From Ascidiella aspersa (lineage: Eukaryota), in NCBI GenBank assembly GCA_963924565.1, contig OZ004612.1:26040001-26104000 (forward strand): DNA of 64,000 nucleotides. The letters run 5' to 3'. Both the position numbers and the translations under genes were made by a program. The notes beneath the pieces were generated by a model. The model made no database searches. It was not told where the DNA came from and saw nothing but the letters and a program-made list of their open reading frames with translations. Shown here piece after piece: positions 1 through 11,730 of the stretch; position 1 is the stretch's first letter; the number at the start of each line of letters is the position of its first letter.

Positions 1-2296
1 TTAGGAAGTGTTTTAAACGTTTAAAAGCATCTTCCTCTTTCTTTCCCCAACTCCAAGTTACAGTTTTCTTCGTAAGCCGGTATAACGGTTCTGCAACTGT
101 TGAAAAATCAGGGGGTAAGAACTTGCTGTAGAACTGCACGGAACCCAAAAATGAACGAAGATTCGACACATTTTCTGGTGGGGGCATATTTATGACATCA
201 TCGACTTTACTTCCTTTGGCAATGCCCTCCTTGGTGAGAACATGTCCAAGGTATTCAACTTTTTCTTGCGCAAATTTGCATTTCTCCAACCGACAACGTA
301 GACCCTTTTGATCAAGCCGTTGAAGCAAACGACGCAAATTTTGCAAATGATTCTCTTTAGAAGAACCGCTGACCAAGATGTCATCTAAAAATACCGCCAC
401 ACCTGGTAAATCGTGAGTGATGTCGTTCATTAACTTTTGGAAATAGCCCGGTGCAGAAGAAATTCCGAAAGGTAACACATTTTGAAGAAAAGCGCCTCGA
501 TGAGTACTGAGGGCTAACCTCTTTCGGCTTTCTGGGCCAAGTCTGATCTGGTTGTATGCATCTGCCAAATCTATCTTGGTGAAACCGTGACCTCCTCCAA
601 GTTTCTGCATTAGATCACTTGGTAACGGTAGGGGCTGGCGATGTGTCTCGAGTTGAGGATTCACAGTTACAGAGTAATCGCCGCATACCCGAACTCTACC
701 AGAGGTCTGTCCTGGTAATGGCGCCTTTCGCACAGGCACCACCGGTGTACCCCAATCATTAAATTGCACAGGCGTCCATGTGCCGTTTCGAACTCCTGCC
801 TCGTAACTTTGATTTAAACCCTCGAGCAGAGCAAACGGAACGGGCCTTGGCTTGTGATACACCGGAGTTGGATTTTTCATAAACTGCACTTCTAATTCGA
901 AGCCTTGTAAGGTTCCCAATTCTTCTTTAAAGAGATTAGGAAAATCCAGACAAATCCTCCTACATTCTGCTTGGAAATCTTTGGATGATTCAATTGCAGA
1001 CACTGATCTGGAAAACGACTTGGTGGTTCCATACATAATCTTGTCCAGAGAAATTTTCAAATCACGAATGGAATCTCTTCCAAGAATGTTTAAATTGCTT
1101 AGCTTCGTTACGTAAAACGTGAGCATGCTGGTGGCATGTGAGTTAGGAACATTGACCTTCAAACGACAGCAACCAATAATATTAAGAGAATGGCCGGAAG
1201 CGGATCGATAAGCAACGCTCGTGTCATCAAGCTTCGGCCGCCCAATACTTCTCCAAACATTGGTTGACAAAATGTTGCCACCTGCAGCGGTATCGAGTTC
1301 TACGTTGAACGATTTGGAGTCGACGACTAGTGTATAAATCATTTTTGGCATAAGCTGGCAGTCAAGAGATGCCACTGACCTTACGCTCGAAATCTGCATT
1401 TTCTTGCGACATACTGCTTGCAAATGTCCTTTGCACTTACAAAAATTACACCTGGAGTTTTTAAAACGACAGGTTGTCGCAAGATGTCCAGGCTTCCCGC
1501 ACCTATGACACTTCAACAACGGTTCCTTTCGCGAATCCTGAAAACCGGACTTCCATGCCTTCTTGTGGCTTTTGAGCTTGTTTACTGAGGGATCCATTTC
1601 TGCCGCGAAAACAGTTTCTTTGGCAGCCCGAGCAGCATCTTCCGTCTCCGTTGCAATTTGTATAGCCCGCGAAAATGAAAGTTCGTCACTTTTTACCTTG
1701 AATACAGCCTTCAGGATAGCCTCATTGCCAACAGAACAGATGAAACGTGTCCGTAATGCTTCGTCCAAAGGGTCGGTGATAGATGGAAAGTCGCAGGTAC
1801 TAGCGTCTTGACGAATACGTGCTGCAAGTTCCTGGATAGATTCCCCCGGCTTACGCTTCATATCGCTCCAAAATTTGAAACGCTCTCTTACCACGAAACG
1901 CTTGGGGTCGTACTGCTCATCCATGAAAGCTTTAATCTCGCCCAGCTTTAGGTCATTAACCTGTTTGGGTGGAGAACTCTGCGATGCCAAATTGGCCAGA
2001 AGCTTGTATACAGTACCGCTCTGATTTGTCAGAAAAACTTGCGCTTGTCTCGTCTCGGGAACTTCATGGGCCTTGACAAAAGTATAAAACCTTGACAAAT
2101 AGTCTTGCCACAGCTCCACTGTAGAATCGAACGCGCAGAAATTTGGCGTGGCTTGGGGCACGCTGTTACGGGGTGAAGAAGAACTTTCATCTAAGGATGT
2201 CTTCTTCAGTAGCGTCATCATAACTTCCATCTGTTCTTGATGACGTCTTTCTTGAACTTCCACTTGCTTTTGCATAAATTCGAAAAACTTTTCCAT
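1..2296 (-). mobile_element. Ty3/Gypsy (Mag-like) gag-pol single ORF, runs off left edge
   Basis: ATG at 2296, frame open to the window edge (so not in ORF track). Manual translation: MEKFFEFMQKQ...; two CCHC knuckles CHRCGKPGHLATTC and CNFCKCKGHLQAVC; protease ELDTAAG; RT motifs RVCGDY, KIDLADAYNQI, LPFGISSAP, VFLDDIL, EYLGH; connection LRSFLG. Confidence 0.95.
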
Positions 2297-2352
2297 CGTC
2301 AGCCTTGAAGAAGATTTTCAATAGCGTGGAGTCGAACAATGAAAGATAAAAT

Positions 2353-2365
2353 ATCCTCGTCGCCA
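2353..2365 (-). promoter_or_regulatory. Primer-binding site complementary to tRNA-Ser(GCU) 3' end
   Basis: Minus strand TGGCGACGAGGAT, 1 nt inside the LTR end; matches the ...ATCCTCGTCGCCA 3' end of metazoan tRNA-Ser(GCU). Confidence 0.85.
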
Positions 2366-2366
2366 A

Positions 2367-2569
2367 TGTTGTATTCTTGATCAGAGCAGTGAAGTAATAG
2401 GCAATGAAACGAAACCAACCACGGTTTAAGTAGCAAAGAAATCAATTAGCATAGCAGCACAATAGCACTGTAATCAATCAGCAATCAGCACAAGAATGCG
2501 AATAACGTAATTAAGCCGCAGGGTGCGAAACGACTACAGTACATGGCTCAAAATGCGTAATACTTAACA
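2367..2569 (-). mobile_element. 5' LTR (~203 bp) of the Gypsy element
   Basis: TGT...ACA termini with imperfect inverted repeat (plus strand TGTTGTATT ... AATACTTAACA), adjacent to the PBS; partner LTR is outside the window. Confidence 0.75.
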
Positions 2570-2969
2570 ATTGACAAAGAAAAACAAAACACTATATATT
2601 AGTGTCGCGAGTATTCGATTGATTGATCGGTTACTTTTTTAATGTAGAATTTATTGCGTTCATCGAATTTTGTAAATTTTCGATTAAAATAATTTTGGCT
2701 GGCAGAATGTTTAATCATTTATATATATATACGTTTATGTTATTTTTGAGGATATTTTTTATCGAAAGAGGGTAAGTTTATGCTCTGTAATGTTAGGGAT
2801 AGGATGTTAAAAGGTTGTTCATAGTTTGAGGTAAATCTTAGAATCAGCTAGTTATTATTACGACATTTAGCTTTACAAATTACCCATAGGCAAATTCAAT
2901 TTAAGCAGAGGACTCGTGTTTACCGTTTATCAACTGCTTTCAATTTACGCCATATTTTCTTCTTTTTAG

Positions 2970-3096
2970 TCCTGGGATCCAATAGCGGGGCGTTCAATGC
3001 TACTTTCACCTGGCTTTCTGGTCATCCAGGAAACGAGTTTCAACTTGCCCTCTCGTCGGGAAGCAACTTGGAGAAGAACAAATACAAAGAGTCCCG
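2970..3096 (+). CDS. Internal exon of type I membrane protein gene (FN3-like domain, part 1)
   Basis: ttctttttag acceptor, gtacat donor; LGSNSGAFNATFTWLSGHPGNEFQLALSSGSNLEKNKYKES(R); end phase matches next exon. Confidence 0.7.
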
Positions 3097-3220
3097 GTAC
3101 ATGCACTGTTTAGACCAGTCCTTTGCGACTTGAAATTTGGCCGCCGTTTGATTTGGTTCGATTTGTTCTTTCGCCGACTGCTGTAGTTCACGTGGTTAAA
3201 TTTATTGAGATTGGTTTTGA

Positions 3221-3460
3221 GCAACATTTCTACAAAATTCAAACAAAATTGCAACATTTCTACAAAATTCAAACAAAATTGCAACATTTCTACAAAATTC
3301 AAACAAAATTGCAACATTTCTACAAAATTCAAACAAAATTGCAACATTTCTACAAAATTCAAACAAAATTGCAACATTTCTACAAAATTCAAACAAAATT
3401 GCTACATTTCTATAAAATTCAAACAAAATTGCAACATTTCTACAAAATTCAAACAAAATT
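3221..3460. repeat. 30-bp minisatellite x8 (intronic)
   Basis: GCAACATTTCTACAAAATTCAAACAAAATT, 7 perfect copies and 1 with two substitutions. Confidence 0.98.
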
Positions 3461-4330
3461 GCGGAAGCAAAGCGAAGTTCTGACCATGATTAATGGAATT
3501 CGAATTCATTAATGCTTTGTCTTTTTAGTGTTGTGTTCACATAAAGCTTGACATCCAGTAAAGGGAAAATTGACATCCAGTAAATGGAAAATTAAAAAAA
3601 GACATCCAGTAAAGGGAAAATTAGTTCGCCAAAAGTTTCACTCTCTTATATTTAAGCTTTGCATTTGGGTCGCCGCGATAAAAGGTTGAGAAACATTGTT
3701 TTACCTTAAGTTTATAAAGTTTAAAAAAAAGTTTATAAAGTTAGACGCAAAAGTTAAATCCGATCGGCAGGCCCCACAGTTATCCAAATCCGATCGATCG
3801 GCAGGCCCTACAGCTAGCAATTCATGAAGCAGTTTTAGTGGCCCTGGGCTAAGGGTATTGACTCTGTTTCCAACTCTATTAGGTATGACCGATAATATCG
3901 GATCGGGGCCGATACCAGATGTGAATATTCAGTATATCGTTCAATGCCTATAGGTGGCCTATAGGTCGATGCCTAACTAACATAGGAATTTCAGCTTGGA
4001 TTAGCGATCTAAACGGCTATTTTTGTCTTGAAACACAAATTTATTAAAATAATATTTGGTTAACAACCAAAGGTAACTAACCTTAGAACGCCAAAACAAA
4101 TTTTGACGTATTAACCTAGAAAATATTACCACTGACCGATTTAATTTCATCTAAGTTGGTTGTTTGATATTAATTACGTCATTCGGTATCAGATCGGATC
4201 CCGATAGTAAAAAAAAATATCGAGTATCGCTAACGGATTAAAATATTAAGTATCCGACATCGTCTAAACTCTAGTATTGTCCAGTAGGCTCTTTTTATGC
4301 GTCTTTAACGATTTGATCTGCTCATCGCAG

Positions 4331-4446
4331 GGCACACGTCTTAGACCTACGAAAGGACTTTCAGTACTATCTCGGAATCAAACCGATCGGACATGAAAAC
4401 TACAAATCCATCGACTTTTCATGGGACTCCTTTCCCAAATACGACG
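4331..4446 (+). CDS. Internal exon (FN3-like domain, part 2)
   Basis: ctcatcgcag / gtaagt; AHVLDLRKDFQYYLGIKPIGHENYKSIDFSWDSFPKYD(G); phases compatible on both sides. Confidence 0.8.
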
Positions 4447-5130
4447 GTAAGTAGAAGCGTTTGGGCGCGTGTGTGTGTGCATGTGTGGGACCTGCTTAGA
4501 GATCATCCAGATAATTTTGGCAGACATCAAGCTTCTACCGATACATCAGTATCGGTCAGTTTGGCCCGATATTTTACTGTGAAAATATTACACACCCTTT
4601 TCCTTAAAAACAAGCAAATTTCCTATTTGTTTAACTTGCATGTTTATCCTTTCGCTACTGTTTCCATGGATGACTGACGTAGCAAAGAGCTTGGTTTGCT
4701 GTGTTGATCATCACGCAGAGTGATTTGCAAAATAAGTCGATCAATTATCTTATCTCAGGTGTATAAAAATTCTTTATCGGTATAGGGTATCTTTTGGAAA
4801 AAACATAAAAAAATCGGTTATCGGTAACGGCCAAACATAGTGATTTCGGCCTAGTTGTGTTGGTATTTTTACTTAAAACGTAAGACCGGTGCACTAATAA
4901 GTGTGAGTGAAAACACTAAGACAGATGACACTAAGCGATCCCCCATTAAACATAGATTAGACCTGAAACGTTTAAGTTTATCTGATTTTAAATGATTTAT
5001 ACCAGTTTTGATTTCGTAATGTTTTGGTTAAAATAAATACAACATGCTTTAGATTGCAAAAAACAGCATTAGGAACATTTAATGATCCTAAAAATGATGC
5101 TTAACAATAGGAACACATAATGATGCTTAG

Positions 5131-5641
5131 CAGTGTTGTAATGACTTAAGTCAATGATTGACTTAAGTGCACTTAAGTCGCTGTTTTTAAATGACCTGAC
5201 TTAACTTAAATCTTTTGTCCAAAATGATTTCACTCTTTTGGACAAATGACTTGACTTGACTTAAGTTTTTTGAACTAACGACTTGGGTTGAAATAAAGTG
5301 TTGTCATTAAGGATTTTGTTTTCTAAAATAAGGTTATTGATCTTACTTTTCGCACACCAAACAATTTGCTTGCTAGGCTATATATTGCATTTATGTTAGT
5401 TTTTACTTGAGTTACTGCTCACAATCGGACGAGTTTACTAATTTTAATAGTTTAAAGTTTTATTTTTAAGACAAGAAGTTGACTTGCGCTAATTATGACT
5501 TGACTTGGACTTGACTTGCACAACTGAAGAATTCGACTGGGAGCTGTTATTTATTTGAAATATCTATCTTGCGCTTAAGCTAATTTACAAATGACTTGAC
5601 TGGGACTTAAATGATTTCAAAATGACTTGTTTACAACACTG
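5131..5641. mobile_element. hAT-type MITE, GACTT-rich family
   Basis: TIR CAGTGTTGTAA...TTACAACACTG; 8-bp TSD atgcttag/atgctttg; many subterminal GACTT motifs; relatives near 36083-36530, 39495 and 42447-42891. Confidence 0.85.
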
Positions 5642-5754
5642 ATGCTTTGTCTGAAAAAATTGTTTAACAGGTGTAAATAAAAATTGTTCAACAACTGTGA
5701 GAAAATGCTAAGCCTGGTACATATTTTTTTACCAGCTTTAATTTTTCTTCTCAG

Positions 5755-5848
5755 GTATTCCGGTCACTTTGAGGCCGTTTGACAGCAATGGGGATGATGC
5801 CGATCCATTTGACAATGATATTTTGAATAAATTGGACTCCTCTGATAG
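5755..5848 (+). CDS. Internal exon (acidic stalk)
   Basis: tttttcttctcag / gtttgt; IPVTLRPFDSNGDDADPFDNDILNKLDSSD(S); phases compatible. Confidence 0.8.
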
Positions 5849-7232
5849 GTTTGTTTTGCTTTATATATACTCACTTAGATCTTCACTGTATTTTACGCCT
5901 GAAACCTAACAGGCCTATTACATTAAAAAACTAATTTTTTAACAAAACACACAAGCCCCGAATAAGGATTAAACTCGACTAATTGAACTTGAAATTAACC
6001 TCTTTACCGACGAAGTTATAGCGCATTTCGCTCAATATAAATCCGACCTAAGTTAATAAAAACATTTACTTTTTTGTAATTTGCACAGCTCTCGTGTACT
6101 TTTACCAATCTTCTGAATTTGGTTAATTTTTATCAAAAAATTCAATTCTCTAACTTTAATAAGTGATTGTGTACTCTACACGGTTGCATGACTTAATATG
6201 GTCGAAATAAAGCAACAATTTTTATGTAAACAATGCCTTTATTAGTCAACCATAGTGGAAAAGCGTCATACCTTCTATTCGGCTCATTGTAGGACCCTAT
6301 ATGCTAAAGGTTTAAATCTGTTCACAGCAAGAAATGTTGCATTAAAAAAGGGTTTCTTAAGCTTTTTTTCCTAAAAAATATTTTATTGGCATGGATAAGG
6401 GTCGGTATTACATTTTTAGTGGTCATAATGTGACCCCATGCAATAAATGTACAGACTTTTCGATCACAAAATATTAAAGCTGAAACGAAGTATAAATACA
6501 TCTCAAAAAAACCGCTGAAAGTGTTGTTTTCAAGTAAACTAATAAATTCATTCCATATTTAAATATTAGGCTTGTTAACAATCAATGGACCGCCGAAATT
6601 TCAAAATTTACCCAAGTATCCCCAAGGGTCTGGCAGACCCCAGTTTAGTAATCCCTGCACTAAAGTATAAGCGCAAAACAAATGCTTCTAAATTATTAAC
6701 ATTTTAAAACCTGCACTGAATATGTAAGAGTAGAAATCACCTTGACCTTGGCAAGATAAATGTCGACCTTAATTGCTGATCATTAACACAAACTGGTCCT
6801 ATATTTCAGTGCTTTTTAACGGGGTGATTGTACACCGAAGGGTGTACTACTACAATTGTTAAAGTCCGTACCACATTGATGGGGTGTACTGGGGTGTACA
6901 ATATGCCGCATTACAATAAGCCTATTATCAGAAACGATAAATAAACAGGTTTATAACCAAACTGACTGGAGTGTACAATAGATGGCACGAAATATTTTAA
7001 AGTGTACATATTGCTTGTGAGATGCTATGTTCTATTTGTAAAATCATAACCTAATATTTTTCTCGATAATCGTTATTGTGGGGTACGGTTAAATGTTCTT
7101 TTTGCAGTACAACAGGGAGTATGCTGGTATAAGTTCAGAGTATTGCGTGGACTGGGGTGTACAAATTCTTGTGTACTGTTCGAAAAAAGGTTGAGAAGCA
7201 CTGCTACATTTCACAATTGTTTCTCTTACCAG

Positions 7233-7370
7233 TCCAACCAAGTCGTCGTCATCCGAATCTTCGAGGGTCTTCTGGATCGCCATAGCAGTCGTCATCGCCG
7301 CCATCGTCATTCTCTTCCTGGTCATATGCATCTCATGCGTGTGTGTCTGCAAGAAAAGACCGCTCATCAG
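7233..7370 (+). CDS. Transmembrane exon
   Basis: tttctcttaccag / gtaaga; PTKSSSSESSRVFWIAIAVVIAAIVILFLVICISCVCVCKKRPLI(R): hydrophobic helix, juxtamembrane Cys, KKR stop-transfer. Confidence 0.85.
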
Positions 7371-7495
7371 GTAAGATGTCGAAAGTAGCAATGGATGGTA
7401 TTGACATTGGTTATAAAAATTGTACAGTGGATGCCTTCGAAAAGGCTCACATACTTAAAGCATGCAGCTGGCTAAGGTTCTATAGTTGTTTCTCT

Positions 7496-7569
7496 ACCTG
7501 TGTAGCTCAGTCAGTAGAGAGACGCTTTGGTTATGACCAGGGTCGTGAGTTCGATCCTCACAGTGGGAC
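7496..7569 (+). pseudogene. tRNA-like (SINE head or tRNA pseudogene), copy 1
   Basis: A box TAGCTCAGTCAG, T-arm GTGAG-TTCGATC-CTCAC, downstream T tract; acceptor and anticodon arms degenerate. Confidence 0.6.
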
Positions 7570-7797
7570 AGCTGTTTTTCTATAACCCGGACTTACTTAT
7601 AATCCTGATTAGACTGCCTGATTTCTCCAAACAGGCTTGTTCACAGAATACAAGTTATGTATATAAACGTTTCATTAGCTTGTGGTGGTATTGACATTTC
7701 AAAGAAATTTCGAAAATTGTACCGCGTATGTCTTCAGAAAGGCTTACATACAATTCCAAAGCATGAAGCAGGCTAAGGTGCTATTTATTGTTTCTCT

Positions 7798-7865
7798 ACC
7801 TGTGTAGCTCAGTTAAGACGCTCCCGGTATGACCGAGGTCGTGTGTTCGAACCTCACAGCAGGCC
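7798..7865 (+). pseudogene. tRNA-like copy 2, in a ~290-bp tandem duplicate
   Basis: TAGCTCAGTT, GTTCGAACC, T6 tract; flanks 7396-7620 align with 7686-7920. Confidence 0.6.
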
Positions 7866-8251
7866 AGTTGTTTTTCTAGCTTGGTCTTTGCTTAATATCC
7901 TGATTAGACTGACTGATTAGACTAAGTCTATCTGAAGGCATTCGCTGTACTATAATACTTGTGTAGTCGGCGTTGGCAAGTACGATTCCAGAAATATATT
8001 TTGAAATCTTTTGAAATGTTTACGTCAATTAATTTGAAAAAAATATATTTGAACTACAATTAGATAACACAAGCAATTTACAAATTAGATTAGAATTGGT
8101 CGCACTTTGCTTTAATTCATTGAATTAGAAAACTAAAATTATCTAGTTTTTAAGTCTGACTGCAACACTAGATACATACATACATACATACATTATAGAT
8201 ACATACATTATAGATACATACAGAACGCCATATAATTTCACTTTTTTTCAG

Positions 8252-8282
8252 AAACCACGGATTATGCGGGTGTTGTCGATAA
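8252..8282 (+). CDS. Probable terminal coding exon (short Cys-rich tail)
   Basis: ctttttttcag acceptor, phase fits; (R)NHGLCGCCR-stop. Confidence 0.6.
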
Positions 8283-8511
8283 AATGAACGAGTTTTTCTG
8301 CTGTTTTGAGTTTTGCGATCAACTATCAGCAATCACTTCGTTCGAAACTTGCCAAAGTTTCTCAGACTGTTTAGCCTGTCTGTACCAGGCTGATGTCATT
8401 GCATTTGTTTTATTCTTTATTAAACGTGCCTTATCTCTTTCGACTTGTCTTTTCGTTTTATACTTTTCTTGGTTTACCTTTTATTCGGACGCAGTGAAGC
8501 TTGTTGTAGGC

Positions 8512-8799
8512 CAGGGGTTCTTAAACTTTTTTACCGCGGACCCCTTAAATTTATGGACCACGGGAGGCAAAAAATTTTCAAATGGACATTTATCTGCAGA
8601 TTTCGGTTCAAAAAATGTGAAGGTGAAATTGAGTTAAAATATATTCAGTGCAAAACCGTTTTATTTTTAATTAAACATTTTTCTTTGAAAATGAATTACT
8701 ATTTAATATACACTAATATTTCAATAGGCTTTCATGGACCACATGAAACTAGTTCACAGACCCCCAAGGGGCCAATGGACCCCAGTCTAAGAACCCCTG
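8512..8799. mobile_element. hAT (Charlie-like) MITE
   Basis: CAGGGGTTCTTAAACT...AGTCTAAGAACCCCTG; TSD ttgtaggc/ttatagac; same family at 34683-34901. Confidence 0.85.
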
Positions 8800-11286
8800 T
8801 TATAGACTAAACACTGCAATATCTATAACGAAACTACAGCAAAACCTTGGAAAAAATGTTTTTCATTTATTGTGTTAAAGTTTCTCGTAACTTTTTGCCT
8901 TTTTAGCTTCTTTTTATTTATATTGAGTATAGGCAATTAAAAGTTGATAAACTGAGCAACGACTTGACTTTAACTTAGCATACAAAAAGGAATAATATAT
9001 GAAAACTTTTGCAGTCAGTGCGAAGTAATTTTACAAGTTGATTTTAAAACATTTAGTATAAAAATTGTGCTTAATGTCTTTGGATTGTGTTGAAATTAAA
9101 CTATTTTGAACAATAAAAACTGTTCGCCACCATACGAATGCGAATTATTTGTTAAAGAGAGATTTTTAAGCCAAGGTTTATTGCTAAGTGACAAGTAGGC
9201 CTAGTGTTAATTTACAAAAAAATATTCGATTGTTGTCCTGACAAGTTTCTACGCTATTAATCATTTCGATAAGTAAGCTACCAGTTAGCAGTGGGTCAAA
9301 ACAGACTTAGCGATTAGACCGAATATAGCACAACATCAAGGTCAGAATAAAATACACCTTTTACCTAACCTCAAACCCGGTTCCAAACTTCATCACTAAC
9401 TCCCCTATTTTAACCATTAATCTAAATTTTAGCTCTTATTTTAGCTTTAATATATATGTCGTGGTATTTATACTTTGGTGTTATGTATACTTCCGCTTTA
9501 TATTTTTACTTTATAGGTCATACTGGGTTATCCCGTCTAAAAACTCTTCGACTGCTAAATTACAGCGCATGATGTTCGAACATGATTATAATGTTCGGAT
9601 TTTTAGTCGTAACACAGCAGACCATAGGTACTCAAAAAGTAATATTGTTAAAACAGGCAAATCGTAAATCATTTATGTGTGTCGTTTTTACTTTCAGTTC
9701 CACATGCTACACCAGCAGTGTTTCTCAAATTGAGTGCTGTAACACCAGTGTATTTTTGTAATATAGAAAACTAACTTTTGGGCATATAAATAGGAATGCA
9801 GATGCAAGCATACACGCCATTAACTAAAATAACTAATAAAATATTGCAATTTACGGATTGCCTTTGCCTTAGGCTAGCTGCTGTCTGGGTAAGAAGCGAT
9901 TTGTTTGCAGAAAGTGTGCCGATATTTTTTTTTATTTTCGTTGTGCACCGCAAGCTAAAAAGTCCACTGTGTGTTGCACATTTAGCCTTAATGGTTTAAT
10001 TGGAAGTATTTAGACTTAGAGTGTTACTGGTTTGAGATACTTCGTTTTATTTATTTTCTTCAGGAAACTGAGGTTAACTTGAAGGTTAAAAATAGTATTT
10101 AACTTGTATTCCTGATGTCTAAACACCAAAAAATATAATAAACAAATGTACAGATTCTACTTTTTTTATTGTACAGCCTAATCTTTTTATTTTATGACCT
10201 TTATTGTGTTTACCGTGCTATATTTTAGTCCCTTGGCATTACAGACTTTGACACTTAGATATAATTAAGCCTATAGTTTTTTAATTCAATGAATTAGAGA
10301 ACAATGCGCTAATTATAATCTAACTTGTAAAAAGCGTGTGGTTTCAATTCTAGTTCCGATCTAATTTTGACTTGTCTAAAAATGCTACTTTGTCCAAAAG
10401 CATTTTTTAGTCTCTCTGTCTATACAAATAATTTGAATTCAATTGTAAGAAGGCTACTGTAATGTTAAATAAGCTGGGATACACATACTTACCATTTACA
10501 TTCTTTTTAGAATAATTTGTGATTTAAATTAAATTGATTGTGATTAATTAAACGTAATTTTAGTTCCAATTCTAGTTAAATTTGTTTTTTTAAGAATTAG
10601 CTATTTAATTCTAATTCTAATCTTACTTGGAAAAACTGTAATGCTCTAATTTTAGTTCTAACCCAATTTAAAAAAAAGCTTAAGTAAATCTAGTTGTCCA
10701 AGTCTGCTTAGCAAGAGTTGTAATGACTTTTAACTTGTCGTAATGATTAGACGAAATCCGGTTTGCCAACATTGACAAAAATCAACCGATATTTAGTTTT
10801 ATTTTAAATATAGGAACAACATAACAAGATTTTCAACTAAAGTTTCTGTCGAAGATTTTGTAGAGATTAATTTTACCAATTGGTTAAATTAAAATTAGTC
10901 CTTGTTTCGTTTTACGCTGTTCGTTTTATTTAAATAAAACTTTACACTTTAAGCTCAAGGTTATTTAAAGAAACTTACCTTACCGAAACAAATGCCATTG
11001 TTTCGTCACAAGTTGTTGCAGACAATGGCTTCAATATACCTGCTGTTTTTGTGAACATTTGAGATAATTAAGTTTGCATAGGTAGGACGGATTTACAAAA
11101 ATCAGCAAGTTATACTGGTATTAAATCAAAATTCCGTTCCTCAGCTAAGAGAAAGTGTATTTGGCAAGCATGGAAGTAAGCTGAATACTATATAGTGGAT
11201 TTAACAGGCGGAAAGAATCACTAGATCAGTCTTGTCTTGCCCAAAAGAGAAATGAAATGCTTAAGGTTAGTGATTTCAATGCTGAC

Positions 11287-11730
11287 CTAGAATCCTACCA
11301 CAACGCACGTTATTGTTTGGGTTAGTGTGCGTGTTAGCGTTTTGGTTGTGGTAGGTCAAGTATAATTATTGAATATTAAATATAATAATACTAACGAGTT
11401 GTTACGTGTTCATCAACACTTAAACACCTAAATTAATTAATTGCCATAAGCCAAATCTTAGAGTTCATTAAGTGATTTTACGATGTGATAAATAGGGTTT
11501 TAGATTACGCGTTTCAGCTTTCGTTTGCCAAATATGTTCTTCAGTTACATAATATCATATTTGATGATGCAAAGTTTTCCGTATTGTTGTGTGTAAAATT
11601 CCTGAGTTTTCCTGCTTCAGTTCGCCTCGTTTCAAACTTGACACGAGTAACGCACCCACATAACCAGAACTCTAAGCCAAATATTGTGCGTTGATTTAAT
11701 AATTGTTTCAACGCTGTGGTAGGATTCTAG
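11287..11730. mobile_element. MITE hosting the solo LTR (uninterrupted copy ~14833-15027)
   Basis: TIR CTAGAATCCTACCACA...TGTGGTAGGATTCTAG. Confidence 0.7.
11400..11643. mobile_element. Solo LTR (244 bp)
   Basis: TGTTAC...TTGACA termini; 5-bp TSD CGAGT (11395-11399, 11644-11648); empty site with a single CGAGT at 14941-14945. Confidence 0.85.

Noticed and set aside
3006-3512. Repetitive ORFs or CRISPR-like array
   Set aside because: Spacerless 30-bp minisatellite that is stop-free in several frames and lies in an intron; no cas genes
7089-7391. Minus-strand 100-aa ORF
   Set aside because: Antisense shadow of the plus-strand TM exon
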